A stretch of 64,000 nucleotides of DNA from an uncultured Desulfobacter sp. (GCA_963665095.1 OY762069.1:6656001-6720000); one strand, 5' to 3'; numbered from the stretch's first letter, positions 9,926-25,358 are shown. A program made the numbers and translations. The notes: generated by a model not told the origin, from the letters alone.

Positions 9926-10825
9926 ATGAACGAAAACTGTGACATGGCTGTCTCCGTGATTATCCCTACCTTTAACCGGGCCCATGTCCTGGGCCGGGCT
10001 GTTGATTCCGTACTGGCGCAGGATTACGGGCTCCTGGACATTGTGGTGGTGGATGACGGCTCAACGGACAACACCCCTGAACTGCTCGAAGGATACGGGG
10101 ATAAGATCCGGGTGCTGCACCAGGTAAATAAAGGGGTGTCTGCGGCAAGGAATCTTGGGATCCGGGAGAGCTGTGGCAGATTCATAGCGCTGCTGGATTC
10201 GGACGATGCCTGGACCCCGGATAAGATTTCTACCCAGATGACCTTTTTTGATGCCCATCCCCGGGCCATGATCTGCCAGACCGAGGAGATCTGGATCCGC
10301 AACGGCCGGCGGGTCAACCCAAAGGTGAAACATAAAAAGCCTTCCGGGATGATTTTTGCCCCAAGCCTTAAGTTGTGTCTGGTCAGCCCGTCAGCCGTGA
10401 TGATGAAGCGCGAGTTGCTGGACCAAAAAGGGGGATTCAACGAGGCATTCCCTGTGTGTGAGGATTATGATCTGTGGTTGCGAATCACAGCTGATACCCC
10501 GGTGTTTCTCATCGACGCGCCGTGTACCATTAAGTACGGGGGGCATGCAGACCAGTTATCTGCCTCCCGCTCCCAGGACCGGTACAGGATTGCCGCCATG
10601 GTGAATCTGCTGCGATCAGGCACGCTTTCCCATGAACAAAAAGCGCAGACCGTTCAGGTGCTGCAGGCCAGATGCCTGGTTTACGGAAACGGATGCGTTA
10701 AACGGGGAAGGCAGGAGGAGGGGGCCTGGTATCTTGCCCTGGCCCATGCAGAGGCCTGGACTCTGCTGGATCCGGCGGCCGGTAGTCTTGCTGAACTCTG
10801 TGGGCCACTGGTCATGGATCAGTGA
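9926..10825 (+). CDS. Glycosyltransferase family 2
   Basis: VSVIIPTFNR, VVVDDGSTD, GVSAARN, LDSDD, CEDYDLW. Confidence 0.9.
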   Translation: MNENCDMAVSVIIPTFNRAHVLGRAVDSVLAQDYGLLDIVVVDDGSTDNTPELLEGYGDKIRVLHQVNKGVSAARNLGIRESCGRFIALLDSDDAWTPDKISTQMTFFDAHPRAMICQTEEIWIRNGRRVNPKVKHKKPSGMIFAPSLKLCLVSPSAVMMKRELLDQKGGFNEAFPVCEDYDLWLRITADTPVFLIDAPCTIKYGGHADQLSASRSQDRYRIAAMVNLLRSGTLSHEQKAQTVQVLQARCLVYGNGCVKRGRQEEGAWYLALAHAEAWTLLDPAAGSLAELCGPLVMDQ

Positions 10826-13301
10826 TGATCAGTTCAAAATGGCTGCCCACCTCATCATTGACTGATAATTCCTGAATTTTGCACCGGCCCTGGTCTGTTT
10901 CCAGTGTGAGCGAGGTATGGGGGCCCATGATCACCGTCCCCTGGGTAATACCCTGCTGGGCAAGAACGCGGGCCTGGTGCCCGGTTCTCATGTGGAACTC
11001 CTTTAACCCCCGTTTCTTCAGCATAATGGCTTTATTGCAGGCTAACGTTTCTTCCAGAGCCTTTTTTTTCTCCTCAAGTTCTTTCAGGTTTTTATCATGG
11101 CTTTCAAAGCACTCATTGAGCACCTGATCAATCTCTTTAAGCCTTGCTGATAGTGATTTTTGTTGCGCCATGGCAAGGCTCACGGCCTTCTGGTCATTGA
11201 GCCGCCTGTATTCGGCCAGTTCTGTCTCATTTTTTTCAATATCTGCTGAGATCTTTTCCTGTTCCCGGGATTTGATTGCAATCACGGCATAGATTTCCTG
11301 ATCCTGGTCTTCCAGGGCTTCAATGTCATCTTTTACCTCCTGCATACGCCCCATGGACATATTGAGCTCTGAATCAAGTTGCTCCTGCCAGAACCGGATA
11401 TGGTCCTCCACTCCGGTGCGTATCTGGGATGGTTTGGATGCCGGTGTGCCGATACGACCCGCTTCCACACCGTTTCTGGCCGCTATTTTCGAACCCATTA
11501 CCGTACCTCCGGGATTCTGGCAGGTGCCGCTGAGCAGCAGTTGCGAATCAATGATCTCCTTCTGGATCACAATGTCGCCAAAGGCGTTGGCCGTGGAGTT
11601 GTTGATAAATTTGGCATAGATGTTTCCCACCGAAGCCACTTGCGTGTCTGTGATGCCGTCTGACACGCACAGGTCTCCGGACAGTTCAATGGCAGCCCCT
11701 TCCACCTCTCTGGCAGTCAGGCTGACTCCCTTAACGGAAAACCCCTCCCTGACCCGGCCTGAAATAACAATGTGCCCCTTAAAATCAATGTTGCCTGTAC
11801 TGAAATCAATGTCGCCGTCAATGCTCAGTTCCGGGTTGACGGAGATCTCGCCCATGGGGTCCAGGTGGGGATGGCCGTCCGTATCCGCATGGATGCTCAG
11901 TCCGTCTTGGGACACACGCGTGCCGGGTCCCGCCAGGAATACCGGATCCAGCGGCTCTTCAACCTCAATGGGGTCGCCACAGACGCTTACCCCGTCCCTG
12001 CCTGGCCGGGCAGGGATTTTTTCAGCAACCAGATCCCCCTGGTGTACAAAGGGAATTGCCCCTCTGTTCCTGAAATCAATCCGGCCGTCATCCATGATTT
12101 TACCCGGGTTGGTGTAGTTGGTTTCGAACCGGTAGGTGACCTTTCCATCCTCTCCGTGTACCGGCGGGGTGCCCGTGGCAATTTCAAAGGGCGCATCTGC
12201 TGGCTGTACGGTTGTGATCCACGATTCAATGGCCTGGTCGTCCACAATGCCGAACCGGATCTCTTTAATGCGCAGAAGGTCTAAAATGCCGGCAAGCTTG
12301 ATGGCGTCCCGCTCTTCGCTGGAGCAGGATTTCAGACTGATCAGGGCATGCACCCTGTCCGGGGAGGTCGTGATGGTGACAAGATCAGGCAGATCCCGTT
12401 TTTCAAAGGGCTGTTCCGGTTCAAAGGATGAGGAAAACTGGTTTGAATTTTCCGGCGGGGCGTAAAGGGTTCTCATGATTCTGCCTTTAATCGGTTCAAG
12501 GTCCGGATCGGAAATTGAATCCAGGCTTTCCTGCGTGCTGCTCTTCTGGCTGTCCGGGTCAAAAAGCCTGCCTAAAAGAATATCTAACGGTTCAATATCA
12601 ATATCCATGGCGATATTCTGGAACAGGATGTCAGCGGATCTGGCCAGCTGGGAAAACTGCCGGCTCAATGCCTCAGCCGTGACAGGTATGGCATAGGCAT
12701 CCATGCGGCTGCCAAGGCTTGAGGGATCTTTTTTCTGCTGAAATGCCGCCTGAAGCCTGCTGCTGATTCTGATCCGTTCCTTCTTTAATGCCTGGACCCG
12801 TTCTTTAAGACCGGCCTCTTTATTTTTCAGGCGCTGGGCAATTTTGAACATCTGTTTGTTCTGGTAAGAGGTGGCCTCCTCCAGGCGTGCCCGTTTTTGC
12901 TCCTTTGATGCAGCCTCAAGACAGATACCCGCCTGCCGGACCAGTTCCTCATGGGCATGGCCTGCAGGGATCAGCCCATTTACCCGGGCATCATTCACAG
13001 CTTTGAGCAGACGCTCTCCTTTGCTTTTTTCCAGGACTTTTTCGATGATCAGCAGCCGTCGGGTCACAGGTGACAGGTGTCTGCTCTGGATGAGAACATC
13101 AATTACATCAAAATTTTTTAACCGGGTGTCGGCAATAAAGAGGTGGTATGAATTTGTATCTTCAAGTGCCTCCATAACCATTTGAGGGGAGGTAACCCGG
13201 GTGACGGACCAGTTGTTGGCCCGGCATGTCCGGTCCAGGCGCAGGCCGGATTCGTCCTCTGGAACGGCACTCAGTATTTTGTAATGGCCTGCGTCACTCA
13301 T
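10812..13301 (-). CDS. FapA/DUF342 family protein with an N-terminal receiver-like domain and coiled coils
   Basis: GRIDFRNRG...PARPGRDG, DIDFSTGNIDFKG beta-helix region; N-terminal LFIADTRL. Start placed at MSDAGH, which overlaps the upstream stop. Confidence 0.85.
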   Translation of the reverse strand: MSDAGHYKILSAVPEDESGLRLDRTCRANNWSVTRVTSPQMVMEALEDTNSYHLFIADTRLKNFDVIDVLIQSRHLSPVTRRLLIIEKVLEKSKGERLLKAVNDARVNGLIPAGHAHEELVRQAGICLEAASKEQKRARLEEATSYQNKQMFKIAQRLKNKEAGLKERVQALKKERIRISSRLQAAFQQKKDPSSLGSRMDAYAIPVTAEALSRQFSQLARSADILFQNIAMDIDIEPLDILLGRLFDPDSQKSSTQESLDSISDPDLEPIKGRIMRTLYAPPENSNQFSSSFEPEQPFEKRDLPDLVTITTSPDRVHALISLKSCSSEERDAIKLAGILDLLRIKEIRFGIVDDQAIESWITTVQPADAPFEIATGTPPVHGEDGKVTYRFETNYTNPGKIMDDGRIDFRNRGAIPFVHQGDLVAEKIPARPGRDGVSVCGDPIEVEEPLDPVFLAGPGTRVSQDGLSIHADTDGHPHLDPMGEISVNPELSIDGDIDFSTGNIDFKGHIVISGRVREGFSVKGVSLTAREVEGAAIELSGDLCVSDGITDTQVASVGNIYAKFINNSTANAFGDIVIQKEIIDSQLLLSGTCQNPGGTVMGSKIAARNGVEAGRIGTPASKPSQIRTGVEDHIRFWQEQLDSELNMSMGRMQEVKDDIEALEDQDQEIYAVIAIKSREQEKISADIEKNETELAEYRRLNDQKAVSLAMAQQKSLSARLKEIDQVLNECFESHDKNLKELEEKKKALEETLACNKAIMLKKRGLKEFHMRTGHQARVLAQQGITQGTVIMGPHTSLTLETDQGRCKIQELSVNDEVGSHFELIITDP

Positions 13302-14130
13302 TTTTATCTGCCTTATCTGTTTCCAAGACCTCACCGGAGGCAGTGTCCAACGGGTGCTCCTGTGTGGGAATGCCTGCGGTCAGCTCTGAAAATTCGGGCA
13401 ATTCAATCCCGTTGCCCAGGGCCAGATCCGTGAAATCAGCGTGCAGGGAGACAAGTACCTCCTCGTAGAGGCTTGCCAGGACCGTACTTGGGTCTTTCTG
13501 GCCGGTTTCAAGGTATTGCCTGATCTTATCAACCAGTTTTCCGGGAGGCAGGGGGCGTTTAAGGGTCTTGCCTTTCAGCTGAGTTCCAAGTTTTTCCACT
13601 TCCTGTTCCAGATGTGCCAGCTCCTTTTCATAGGATTTGGTGGTTTCGATCAGTTCACAGTTTAACTCATAGAGCTTTCCGTTCTGTTTTCTGGCCAGAT
13701 GAAACATCCGGCGGGCCGTTTGATTCTGTTCAAATTCGGAAAGCCCGTTTTTGATGATTTCTGACAACACTTCCGGGGAATAGGGTGTCTGGATACACCG
13801 GTGAACCCCTGCCAGGTTTACAGCCTCTGCCACCATTGCCGGATCAAAATTTTCAGACACAAGAAAGCGAAGGGTGTCTGCCGAAGAAGTCCTGACCCGG
13901 CGCAGCAGATCTGTTCCGTTCATTTCCTGGATCCGGTTGTCACAGATAATAATGGAAAAGGCGGGCCGGGATGATTGCACCATCTGCAAAGCACTGTCAG
14001 CATCTTCTGCATGAACAACGCTGATATTTAAGTCTTTAAGCGCCTGGCCTGCGGCATGGCTGTATCCGGACAGGCTGCCTGCCGTGAGAACTTTGTGGTT
14101 GTGCTGATAAGATTTGTCGGAAGCGGTCAT
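13294..14130 (-). CDS. Response-regulator receiver plus coiled-coil protein
   Basis: IIICDNRIQEMNGTDLL...EAVN, followed by a coiled coil. Confidence 0.8.
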   Translation of the reverse strand: MTASDKSYQHNHKVLTAGSLSGYSHAAGQALKDLNISVVHAEDADSALQMVQSSRPAFSIIICDNRIQEMNGTDLLRRVRTSSADTLRFLVSENFDPAMVAEAVNLAGVHRCIQTPYSPEVLSEIIKNGLSEFEQNQTARRMFHLARKQNGKLYELNCELIETTKSYEKELAHLEQEVEKLGTQLKGKTLKRPLPPGKLVDKIRQYLETGQKDPSTVLASLYEEVLVSLHADFTDLALGNGIELPEFSELTAGIPTQEHPLDTASGEVLETDKADKNE

Positions 14131-14265
14131 GTAAAAATATCTGGGTTAATATCTTCTGCGTATTGGCTATTTATCGGTGGTGTTTCCTCAATTAATGTTA
14201 AGGTTTCCTGCATTATAAAAAAAAACTGGGCAATAATGCAACGCATTGTTACAGGTGCCAGAGAA

Positions 14266-19098
<4,833 letters not shown>

Positions 19099-19172
19099 TA
19101 TATCTGTTTACTTTAGGCTGTAGGAACGGCTTTTTTTAAAAAGTTTAAGCGTTTCAGGCAGAATATCACCAT

Positions 19173-20201
19173 TTATTCTGGATCTGCATTTCGTTTGGCA
19201 AGTTCAATTATTTCATCGATATGAGCTTCAAATGCAGCTACCAGGGCAGGGTCAAAATGTTTCCCGGATTCATCTTTAATCAGTGCAACAGCTCTGTCAA
19301 AGGGCCATGCCTCTTTGTATGGCCGTTTGCTCACAAGCGCGTCAAAGACGTCGGCAACGGCCACTATACGGCCTGCAAGCGGTATGTTCTCACCTTTAAG
19401 TCCTTGCGGATAGCCTGTGCCGTCCCATTTCTCATGATGGGTCAGAGCCACGATTCCTGCCATGCTCAGGAGCATATTGTCATGCTCCCCTATGATCCTG
19501 GCACCAATTTCCGTGTGCTGTTCCAAGATGGCTCTCTCTTCTGGATTCAGCCGTCCCGGCTTGCGAAGAATATTATCCGGAATACCGATTTTGCCAACGT
19601 CATGCATGGGAGAAGCGTTTAATATTAAATCAGCCTCTTCTTTGCTCATACCAATACCCGTTGCCATGACCCTGCAGTAATAGCTCATACGGATGACGTG
19701 CATGCCTGTTTCATTGTCTTTGTATTCTGCGGCAAGGCCTAACCGCCGGATGATTTCAAGCCTGCTTCGGTTGAGCGCTTTTGTCCGCTCATGGACCAGG
19801 TCCTCCAGTGCCCTGTTCTGGTCGTACAGTTTCAGATGCGTTCTGACCCTGGCCAGGACCACCGGAGGACTTACAGGTTTTGTGATATAATCCACCGCGC
19901 CTAATTCAAATCCCCGGGCCTCATCCGTTACCTCATCCATTGCAGTGACAAAGATCACGGGGATGTTTTTTGTAAGAAGATTCCTCTTCAACCGTGTGCA
20001 GACAGTATAACCGTCCATTTCAGGCATCATGATGTCAAGCAGGATAATGTCCGGCCTGAAACGCAATGCTATCTCCAAAGCTTTGGCCCCGTTGGTTGCC
20101 GCCTTTACGTTGTAATCAACCAGGATGTTGGACAAAACAGCAATATTATCGGGGATGTCGTCTACGATGAGAATGGTTGGTTTGTCGGCACCATTTGTCA
20201 T
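19173..20201 (-). CDS. Response regulator with an HD-GYP phosphodiesterase domain (RpfG-like)
   Basis: ILLDIMMPEMDG receiver; ETGMHVIR, HDVGKIG, HHEKWDGTGYP. Confidence 0.93.
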   Translation of the reverse strand: MTNGADKPTILIVDDIPDNIAVLSNILVDYNVKAATNGAKALEIALRFRPDIILLDIMMPEMDGYTVCTRLKRNLLTKNIPVIFVTAMDEVTDEARGFELGAVDYITKPVSPPVVLARVRTHLKLYDQNRALEDLVHERTKALNRSRLEIIRRLGLAAEYKDNETGMHVIRMSYYCRVMATGIGMSKEEADLILNASPMHDVGKIGIPDNILRKPGRLNPEERAILEQHTEIGARIIGEHDNMLLSMAGIVALTHHEKWDGTGYPQGLKGENIPLAGRIVAVADVFDALVSKRPYKEAWPFDRAVALIKDESGKHFDPALVAAFEAHIDEIIELAKRNADPE

Positions 20202-20602
20202 ATTTTATTCCCCAATGACACGGTAAAATATTGTCCTTTACGCTTTAAGCAGCCTGCACAATTGACACGTGTGTTCAGGTTGATGTCATCCCAATTCGTC
20301 TTAAATCTTAGTGTTAAACTGGGGACCGGACTTTTGGGATCACCCGCAAAGATCACATAAGCCCATAAGGAAGAGGTAACGTTTTTCATATCATATCACA
20401 TCCGGCCGCAGCTTCTATAGAAAATATATAAGATGGTTTCTTTTCAAAAACCCGTAAATAAAACTGCTTTAAAATAAAGGGTGCGACACAGGTAAACGCA
20501 GCTGAGGGCATTTTGATGGCATCAAAGGGGATGAAGCTTGACAACAAGGGACAACTTTGAGTAATTTGTGAGCAAATTTTATATATATAAGGAGGCAGCT
20601 CA

Positions 20603-21352
20603 ATGGAAGATGTTACTCCGTCCAACTTTCAGGATCTTTCAAAAGAGAAACAGCAGGCACTGGTTATTGACATGTTCACCCGGATTGTTGCCCATTACGG
20701 CCTCTGGTTCAATGAGGTCCAGCATCAGATGGGCATGGAAAAAGCCCTGACCGCACTGGATAAGGCCACGCAATCCACCGTCGGCATTTTGATGAAGCAT
20801 CTGTCCGGGGTGCTCGGGTTTGAACAGAACAAGGGGATTCCCAATGCCCTGGCGGCACTGGATGACAGCCAGATGGAAAAATTAACCGCCGCCATTGGCA
20901 AATCCTGGCTGGCCAATGACGGGGTCTGGTTTCAGGCTGTGGAGTTTGACCATGGCATGAATGACGCCAAACGGTGTAATGATTCCTGCTGGACCCGGTT
21001 CTCCCCCTTTGAGGCCCACCGGATTAAGAAACTGCTGGGCCTTGGGGAATTCCCCGGCCTGGACGGTCTTAAAAAAGCATTGAACTTCAGGATGTACGCC
21101 TTTATCAACCGTCAGGGTATTGTGGATGAAGGCCCAAACAGTTTTATTTTCCAGATGAACGAATGCCGGGTCCAGCGGGCAAGGATACGCAAGGGCCTGG
21201 ATGATTATCCTTGTAAATCAGCAGGACTTGTGGAATATGCCCGTTTTGCCGAGGGCGTTGACAAACGGATAAAAACCGAATGCATCGGGTGTCCGCCGGA
21301 TCCCCATCCTGATGACTGGTTCTGTGCCTGGCGGTTTACCCTGGCCGAATGA
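20603..21352 (+). CDS. DUF6125-like conserved protein with a Cys-rich C-terminus
   Basis: WLANDGVWF and CRVQ..YPCKS..CIGCPPD..CAWRF; AAGGAGG SD. Confidence 0.7.
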   Translation: MEDVTPSNFQDLSKEKQQALVIDMFTRIVAHYGLWFNEVQHQMGMEKALTALDKATQSTVGILMKHLSGVLGFEQNKGIPNALAALDDSQMEKLTAAIGKSWLANDGVWFQAVEFDHGMNDAKRCNDSCWTRFSPFEAHRIKKLLGLGEFPGLDGLKKALNFRMYAFINRQGIVDEGPNSFIFQMNECRVQRARIRKGLDDYPCKSAGLVEYARFAEGVDKRIKTECIGCPPDPHPDDWFCAWRFTLAE

Positions 21353-21427
21353 TATTAAGCTCGCTGTCCAGGAAATAACAGAACGTTTAAAGCGAAAAAT
21401 TAAATACATAGAGAAGGAATGCGAATT

Positions 21428-22981
21428 ATGGGAGTCACTTCCGATAAAATTCAGGAATTGAAGCAGAAAGAGGCAAAGATCATGGCCATGGGCGGGGAGA
21501 AAGCCCTGGCCAAGCGGCGTGAAAAAGGGGTTCTCAATGCCAGGCAGCGCCTGGATCTGCTCTTTGATGCCGGGACCTTCAGGGAACTGGACATGTTTGT
21601 GACCCACCGGTGTACCAATTTTGGCATGGAAACCAAAGAGATTCCCGCAGACGGCGTGGTGACCGGCCATGGCAAGGTTAACGGCCGCCTCGTGTTTGCC
21701 TATGCCCAGGATTTTACGGCCCGGGCAGGGTCCTTAGGAGAGATGCAGGCCAAAAAGATCTGCAAGGTCATGGATCTGGCCATGAAGGCAGGCGCCCCCA
21801 TTATCGGTATGAATGACTCTGGCGGTGCCAGAATCCAGGAGGGGATTGATGCCCTGTCCGGATACGGCGAGATTTTTTTCCGGAACTCTGCAGCTTCCGG
21901 TGTGATTCCTCAGATATCCGCCATCATGGGCCCCACAGCAGGCGGGGCTGTTTATTCTCCGGCCATGACCGACTTTATTTTTATGGTTAAAGAGAGCTCC
22001 TATATGTTTATTACCGGTCCCAACGTGATCAAGGCCGTGACCGGGGAGGAGATCTCCTTTGAGGACTTAGGCGGTGCCATGGCGCACAACGAGAAGTCCG
22101 GCGTGGCCCAGTTTGCCTGCGACTCGGATGAAGACTGCATTGAGCAGATCAAAAATCTGTTGTCATATCTGCCGTCCAACAACATGGAAGACCCCCCCAT
22201 TGTCCCCACAGGGGATGATCCCGGCCGCATGGACCCGGATCTTGATACCATCATCCCGGACAGCCCCAACCAGGGGTATGACATCAAAAAGGTGATCGCG
22301 TCCATTGTGGACAACGGCGATTTTTTCGAACCCCACCAGTATTTTGCCAAAAACATTGTTACCTGCTTTGCCCGGCTCAACGGCCGGCCCATCGGTATCA
22401 TTGCCAACCAGCCCAATGTCATGGCCGGATGCCTGGACATTGACGCCTCAGACAAAGCCACCCGGTTTATCCGGTTTTGCGACGCGTTTAACATTCCCAT
22501 GCTAACCATTGCAGACGTGCCGGGCTACCTGCCCGGTTCCAACCAGGAGTGGGGCGGTATCATCCGCCACGGGGCCAAGCTGCTCTGGTGCTACTCCGAA
22601 GCCACGGTACCCAAACTTCTGCTGATCACAAGAAAAGATTACGGTGGATCATATCTGGCCATGTGCTCCAAGCACCTTGGCGCGGACATGGCCTTTGCCT
22701 GGCCCACGGCCCAGGTGGCTGTTATGGGCGCTGAAGGGGCCGCCAATATCATCCATGCCAGAGAAATTAAAAACAGCGAAGACCCGGTTGCCACCCGCAA
22801 GCAGAAAATCGAAGAGTACAACGAACAGTTCTCCAATCCCTATTGCGCGGCTGCAAGGGGGTATGTGGATGCTGTGATTGTGCCAAGTGAAACCCGGCCA
22901 AGACTGATTGATGCCCTTGAGGCGGTTGCCAACAAACGCGAATACCGGCCCGCCAAAAAACACGGCAATATCCCGGTGTAA
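21428..22981 (+). CDS. Acyl-CoA carboxyltransferase beta subunit (methylmalonyl-CoA carboxyltransferase/PccB-like)
   Basis: DGVVTG, DSGGARIQEG, GGAVYSPA, DVPGYLPG, KKHGNIP. Start is 21419 or 21428. Confidence 0.92.
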   Translation: MGVTSDKIQELKQKEAKIMAMGGEKALAKRREKGVLNARQRLDLLFDAGTFRELDMFVTHRCTNFGMETKEIPADGVVTGHGKVNGRLVFAYAQDFTARAGSLGEMQAKKICKVMDLAMKAGAPIIGMNDSGGARIQEGIDALSGYGEIFFRNSAASGVIPQISAIMGPTAGGAVYSPAMTDFIFMVKESSYMFITGPNVIKAVTGEEISFEDLGGAMAHNEKSGVAQFACDSDEDCIEQIKNLLSYLPSNNMEDPPIVPTGDDPGRMDPDLDTIIPDSPNQGYDIKKVIASIVDNGDFFEPHQYFAKNIVTCFARLNGRPIGIIANQPNVMAGCLDIDASDKATRFIRFCDAFNIPMLTIADVPGYLPGSNQEWGGIIRHGAKLLWCYSEATVPKLLLITRKDYGGSYLAMCSKHLGADMAFAWPTAQVAVMGAEGAANIIHAREIKNSEDPVATRKQKIEEYNEQFSNPYCAAARGYVDAVIVPSETRPRLIDALEAVANKREYRPAKKHGNIPV

Positions 22982-23018
22982 TGAAAAAATAAACCACAGG
23001 GCAAGGAGATATACCTGA

Positions 23019-23231
23019 ATGGAAAAAAAGAAACTGGCTGCGGCCATGGCTGCTGTTTACACGTACATCCGGACCGGTGAGGAAGCTGCTGCTGCCCAGG
23101 CTCAGGCTGCAGATGCCGGGTCTCAGCCTGCGGCACCTGCACCTGTTGCCGCTATGAATCTTTGGGGACTGTCCGGCCGGCAGGCGATCATGAATGCCAA
23201 TACCATGATGCAGATGCGAATGTTTAAATAG
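23019..23231 (+). CDS. Small Ala-rich protein, possible carboxylase accessory (epsilon-like) subunit
   Basis: Lies between the two carboxylase genes; AAAMAAV helix, Ala/Pro linker, WGLSGR. Confidence 0.7.
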   Translation: MEKKKLAAAMAAVYTYIRTGEEAAAAQAQAADAGSQPAAPAPVAAMNLWGLSGRQAIMNANTMMQMRMFK

Positions 23232-23269
23232 TAAGATAAAAAGTAATTTTATATATAAGAGAGGATACG

Positions 23270-25291
23270 ATGACGGATCATACTGAAGTCAAAATGGTTG
23301 AGATGAATTACGGCAAGGACCGGCCAAAGGCTGAAAATCCCCTGAAAATTGAGGACCTTTCCCTGCGTGACGGCCATCAGTCTTTATTTGCCACAAGGGG
23401 CCGCACCGAGGATATGATTCCTGTGGCAGAACAGATGGATGAAATCGGGTTCTGGGCGGTTGAGGTGTGGGGTGGTGCCACCTTTGACACCATGCACCGG
23501 TATCTGAACGAAGACCCCTGGCAGCGGCTTCGCACCCTGAAACGCTATTTTAAGAAGACCAAGTTCTCCATGCTGCTCAGGGGCCAGAACCTTGTGGGAT
23601 ACCGTAACTATGCCGATGATGTGGCCAAGCTGTTCGTCAAAAAGACCGTTGATAACGGGCTGGAGGTTTTCAGAACCTTTGACGCACTTAACGACTACAG
23701 AAATTTTGAAACAGTTGTGCCGGTTATCAAAGAGTGCGGAGCCCACTTCCAGGGCTGCATCTGCTACACCCTGACCCAGCCCCGCCTGGGCGGAGAGGTG
23801 TATAATCTGGAGTATTACGTACAGAAAGCCAAGGACCTTGAGGCCATGGGCGCAGACTCTATCTGCATCAAAGATATGGCAGGGCTGATGTCTCCCTATG
23901 ATGCCTATGAACTGATCAAGGCCATGAAAGCTGAGGTAAAACCCCTGATTCATCTGCACTCCCATTTTACTTCCGGCATGTCGCCCATGACCCATTTAAA
24001 AGCGGTTGAGGCAGGCGTGGACATTATTGATACATGCATGACGCCCTATGCCTACAGAACTTCCCATGCCGCCCTTGAACCCCTGGTCATGAGCCTGATT
24101 GGCACCAGCCGGGATACAGGCTTTGATATCGAGGCCCTGGCCCAGATAAACGAAACCCTTGAAAAAGAGGTTATGCCCAAATATAAACACCTGCTGGACG
24201 ACACCAAGATCTCAATGATCGACATTAATGTCCTTTTACACCAGACCCCTGGCGGCATGCTGTCAAATCTTGTGAACCAGCTGCGTGAAATGGATGCCCT
24301 GGACAAGATTGACCAGGTTTACAAGGAACTGCCCCGGGTCAGAAAAGAGCTGGGCCAGATTCCGCTGGTAACCCCCACCAGCCAGATTGTGGGTACCCAG
24401 ACCGTAAACAACGTGCTGTTTGATACGGATGGCGAACGTTACAAAATGATCACCGGCCAGGTAAAAGACCTCTGCTACGGCCTGTACGGCAAAACCAGCG
24501 TACCCATTGATCCGGAAGTACAGAAAAAAGCGCTCAAGGGCTATGACAGAGGGGAAGAACCCATTACCTGCCGTCCGGCCGAAGTGCTGGCGCCTGAACT
24601 TGAAAAAGCCAGAGAAGAGATCGGCGATCTGGCTGTGGATGATGAGGACCTCATCCTTTACACCCTGTTCCCCGTGACCGGCAAGAAATATTTGATGCAG
24701 AAATACGGCAAGGAACAGGTGCCTGACAGCTTCAAGCCCATTACCCTGGAAGATGTAAAGAAGCAGGATGATATGATTAAAAAGGCAAAGGCAGGCAAAC
24801 TTATTGAACCGGCTGTTGATCTGCCTGAGAAGAGTGAATATGCCCGGACCTTCAATGTGTTTGTGGGCGGCGAGTGCTTTGAGGTCGGCGTTGATGAAGT
24901 GGGCGGTTCCCCCATGATTACCTATGCGGCTCCGGTTGCGGCACCTGCAGCGGCTCCTGCTCCTGTTGCTGCTTCCCCGGCGCCTGTCGCGCCTGCCGCC
25001 CCGGCACCCAAGCCTGCACCGCCCAAACCGGCCCCCGCGGCCAAACCCGCACCCAAGCCGGCAGCAGCTGCCGGTTCCGGCACGCCGGTGAAAGCTCCCA
25101 TGCCCGGTATGATCGTCAAGTATGAGAAAAAGGTGGGCGATACCGTTAATGCCGGCGATACCGTTGTGATCATTGAAGCCATGAAAATGGAGAATGCGCT
25201 TCCGGCAACTGCCAGCGGCACCATTACCGCCATCAACTTTGCCTCCGGTGATTCCGTGGCCAAGGATGATGTGCTGGCAACCATTGAATAG
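23270..25291 (+). CDS. pycB: Pyruvate carboxylase subunit B / transcarboxylase 5S fused to a biotin carrier
   Basis: LRDGHQS, WGGATFD, IKDMAG, HLHSH, PGGMLSN, Pro/Ala linker, EAMKM biotin site. Confidence 0.9.
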   Translation: MTDHTEVKMVEMNYGKDRPKAENPLKIEDLSLRDGHQSLFATRGRTEDMIPVAEQMDEIGFWAVEVWGGATFDTMHRYLNEDPWQRLRTLKRYFKKTKFSMLLRGQNLVGYRNYADDVAKLFVKKTVDNGLEVFRTFDALNDYRNFETVVPVIKECGAHFQGCICYTLTQPRLGGEVYNLEYYVQKAKDLEAMGADSICIKDMAGLMSPYDAYELIKAMKAEVKPLIHLHSHFTSGMSPMTHLKAVEAGVDIIDTCMTPYAYRTSHAALEPLVMSLIGTSRDTGFDIEALAQINETLEKEVMPKYKHLLDDTKISMIDINVLLHQTPGGMLSNLVNQLREMDALDKIDQVYKELPRVRKELGQIPLVTPTSQIVGTQTVNNVLFDTDGERYKMITGQVKDLCYGLYGKTSVPIDPEVQKKALKGYDRGEEPITCRPAEVLAPELEKAREEIGDLAVDDEDLILYTLFPVTGKKYLMQKYGKEQVPDSFKPITLEDVKKQDDMIKKAKAGKLIEPAVDLPEKSEYARTFNVFVGGECFEVGVDEVGGSPMITYAAPVAAPAAAPAPVAASPAPVAPAAPAPKPAPPKPAPAAKPAPKPAAAAGSGTPVKAPMPGMIVKYEKKVGDTVNAGDTVVIIEAMKMENALPATASGTITAINFASGDSVAKDDVLATIE

Positions 25292-25328
25292 GTATTAATC
25301 ACAAGTTGCCCGGCCCTTTGAAATCAGG

Positions 25329-25358
25329 CAGGGGGATGGTTTGACAACCATCCCCCTG
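25329..25358 (+). terminator. Hairpin after pycB
   Basis: CAGGGGGATGGTT-tgac-AACCATCCCCCTG. Confidence 0.7.

Noticed and set aside
24925..25085. GC-rich repetitive stretch
   Set aside because: Encodes the usual Pro/Ala linker before the biotinyl domain.
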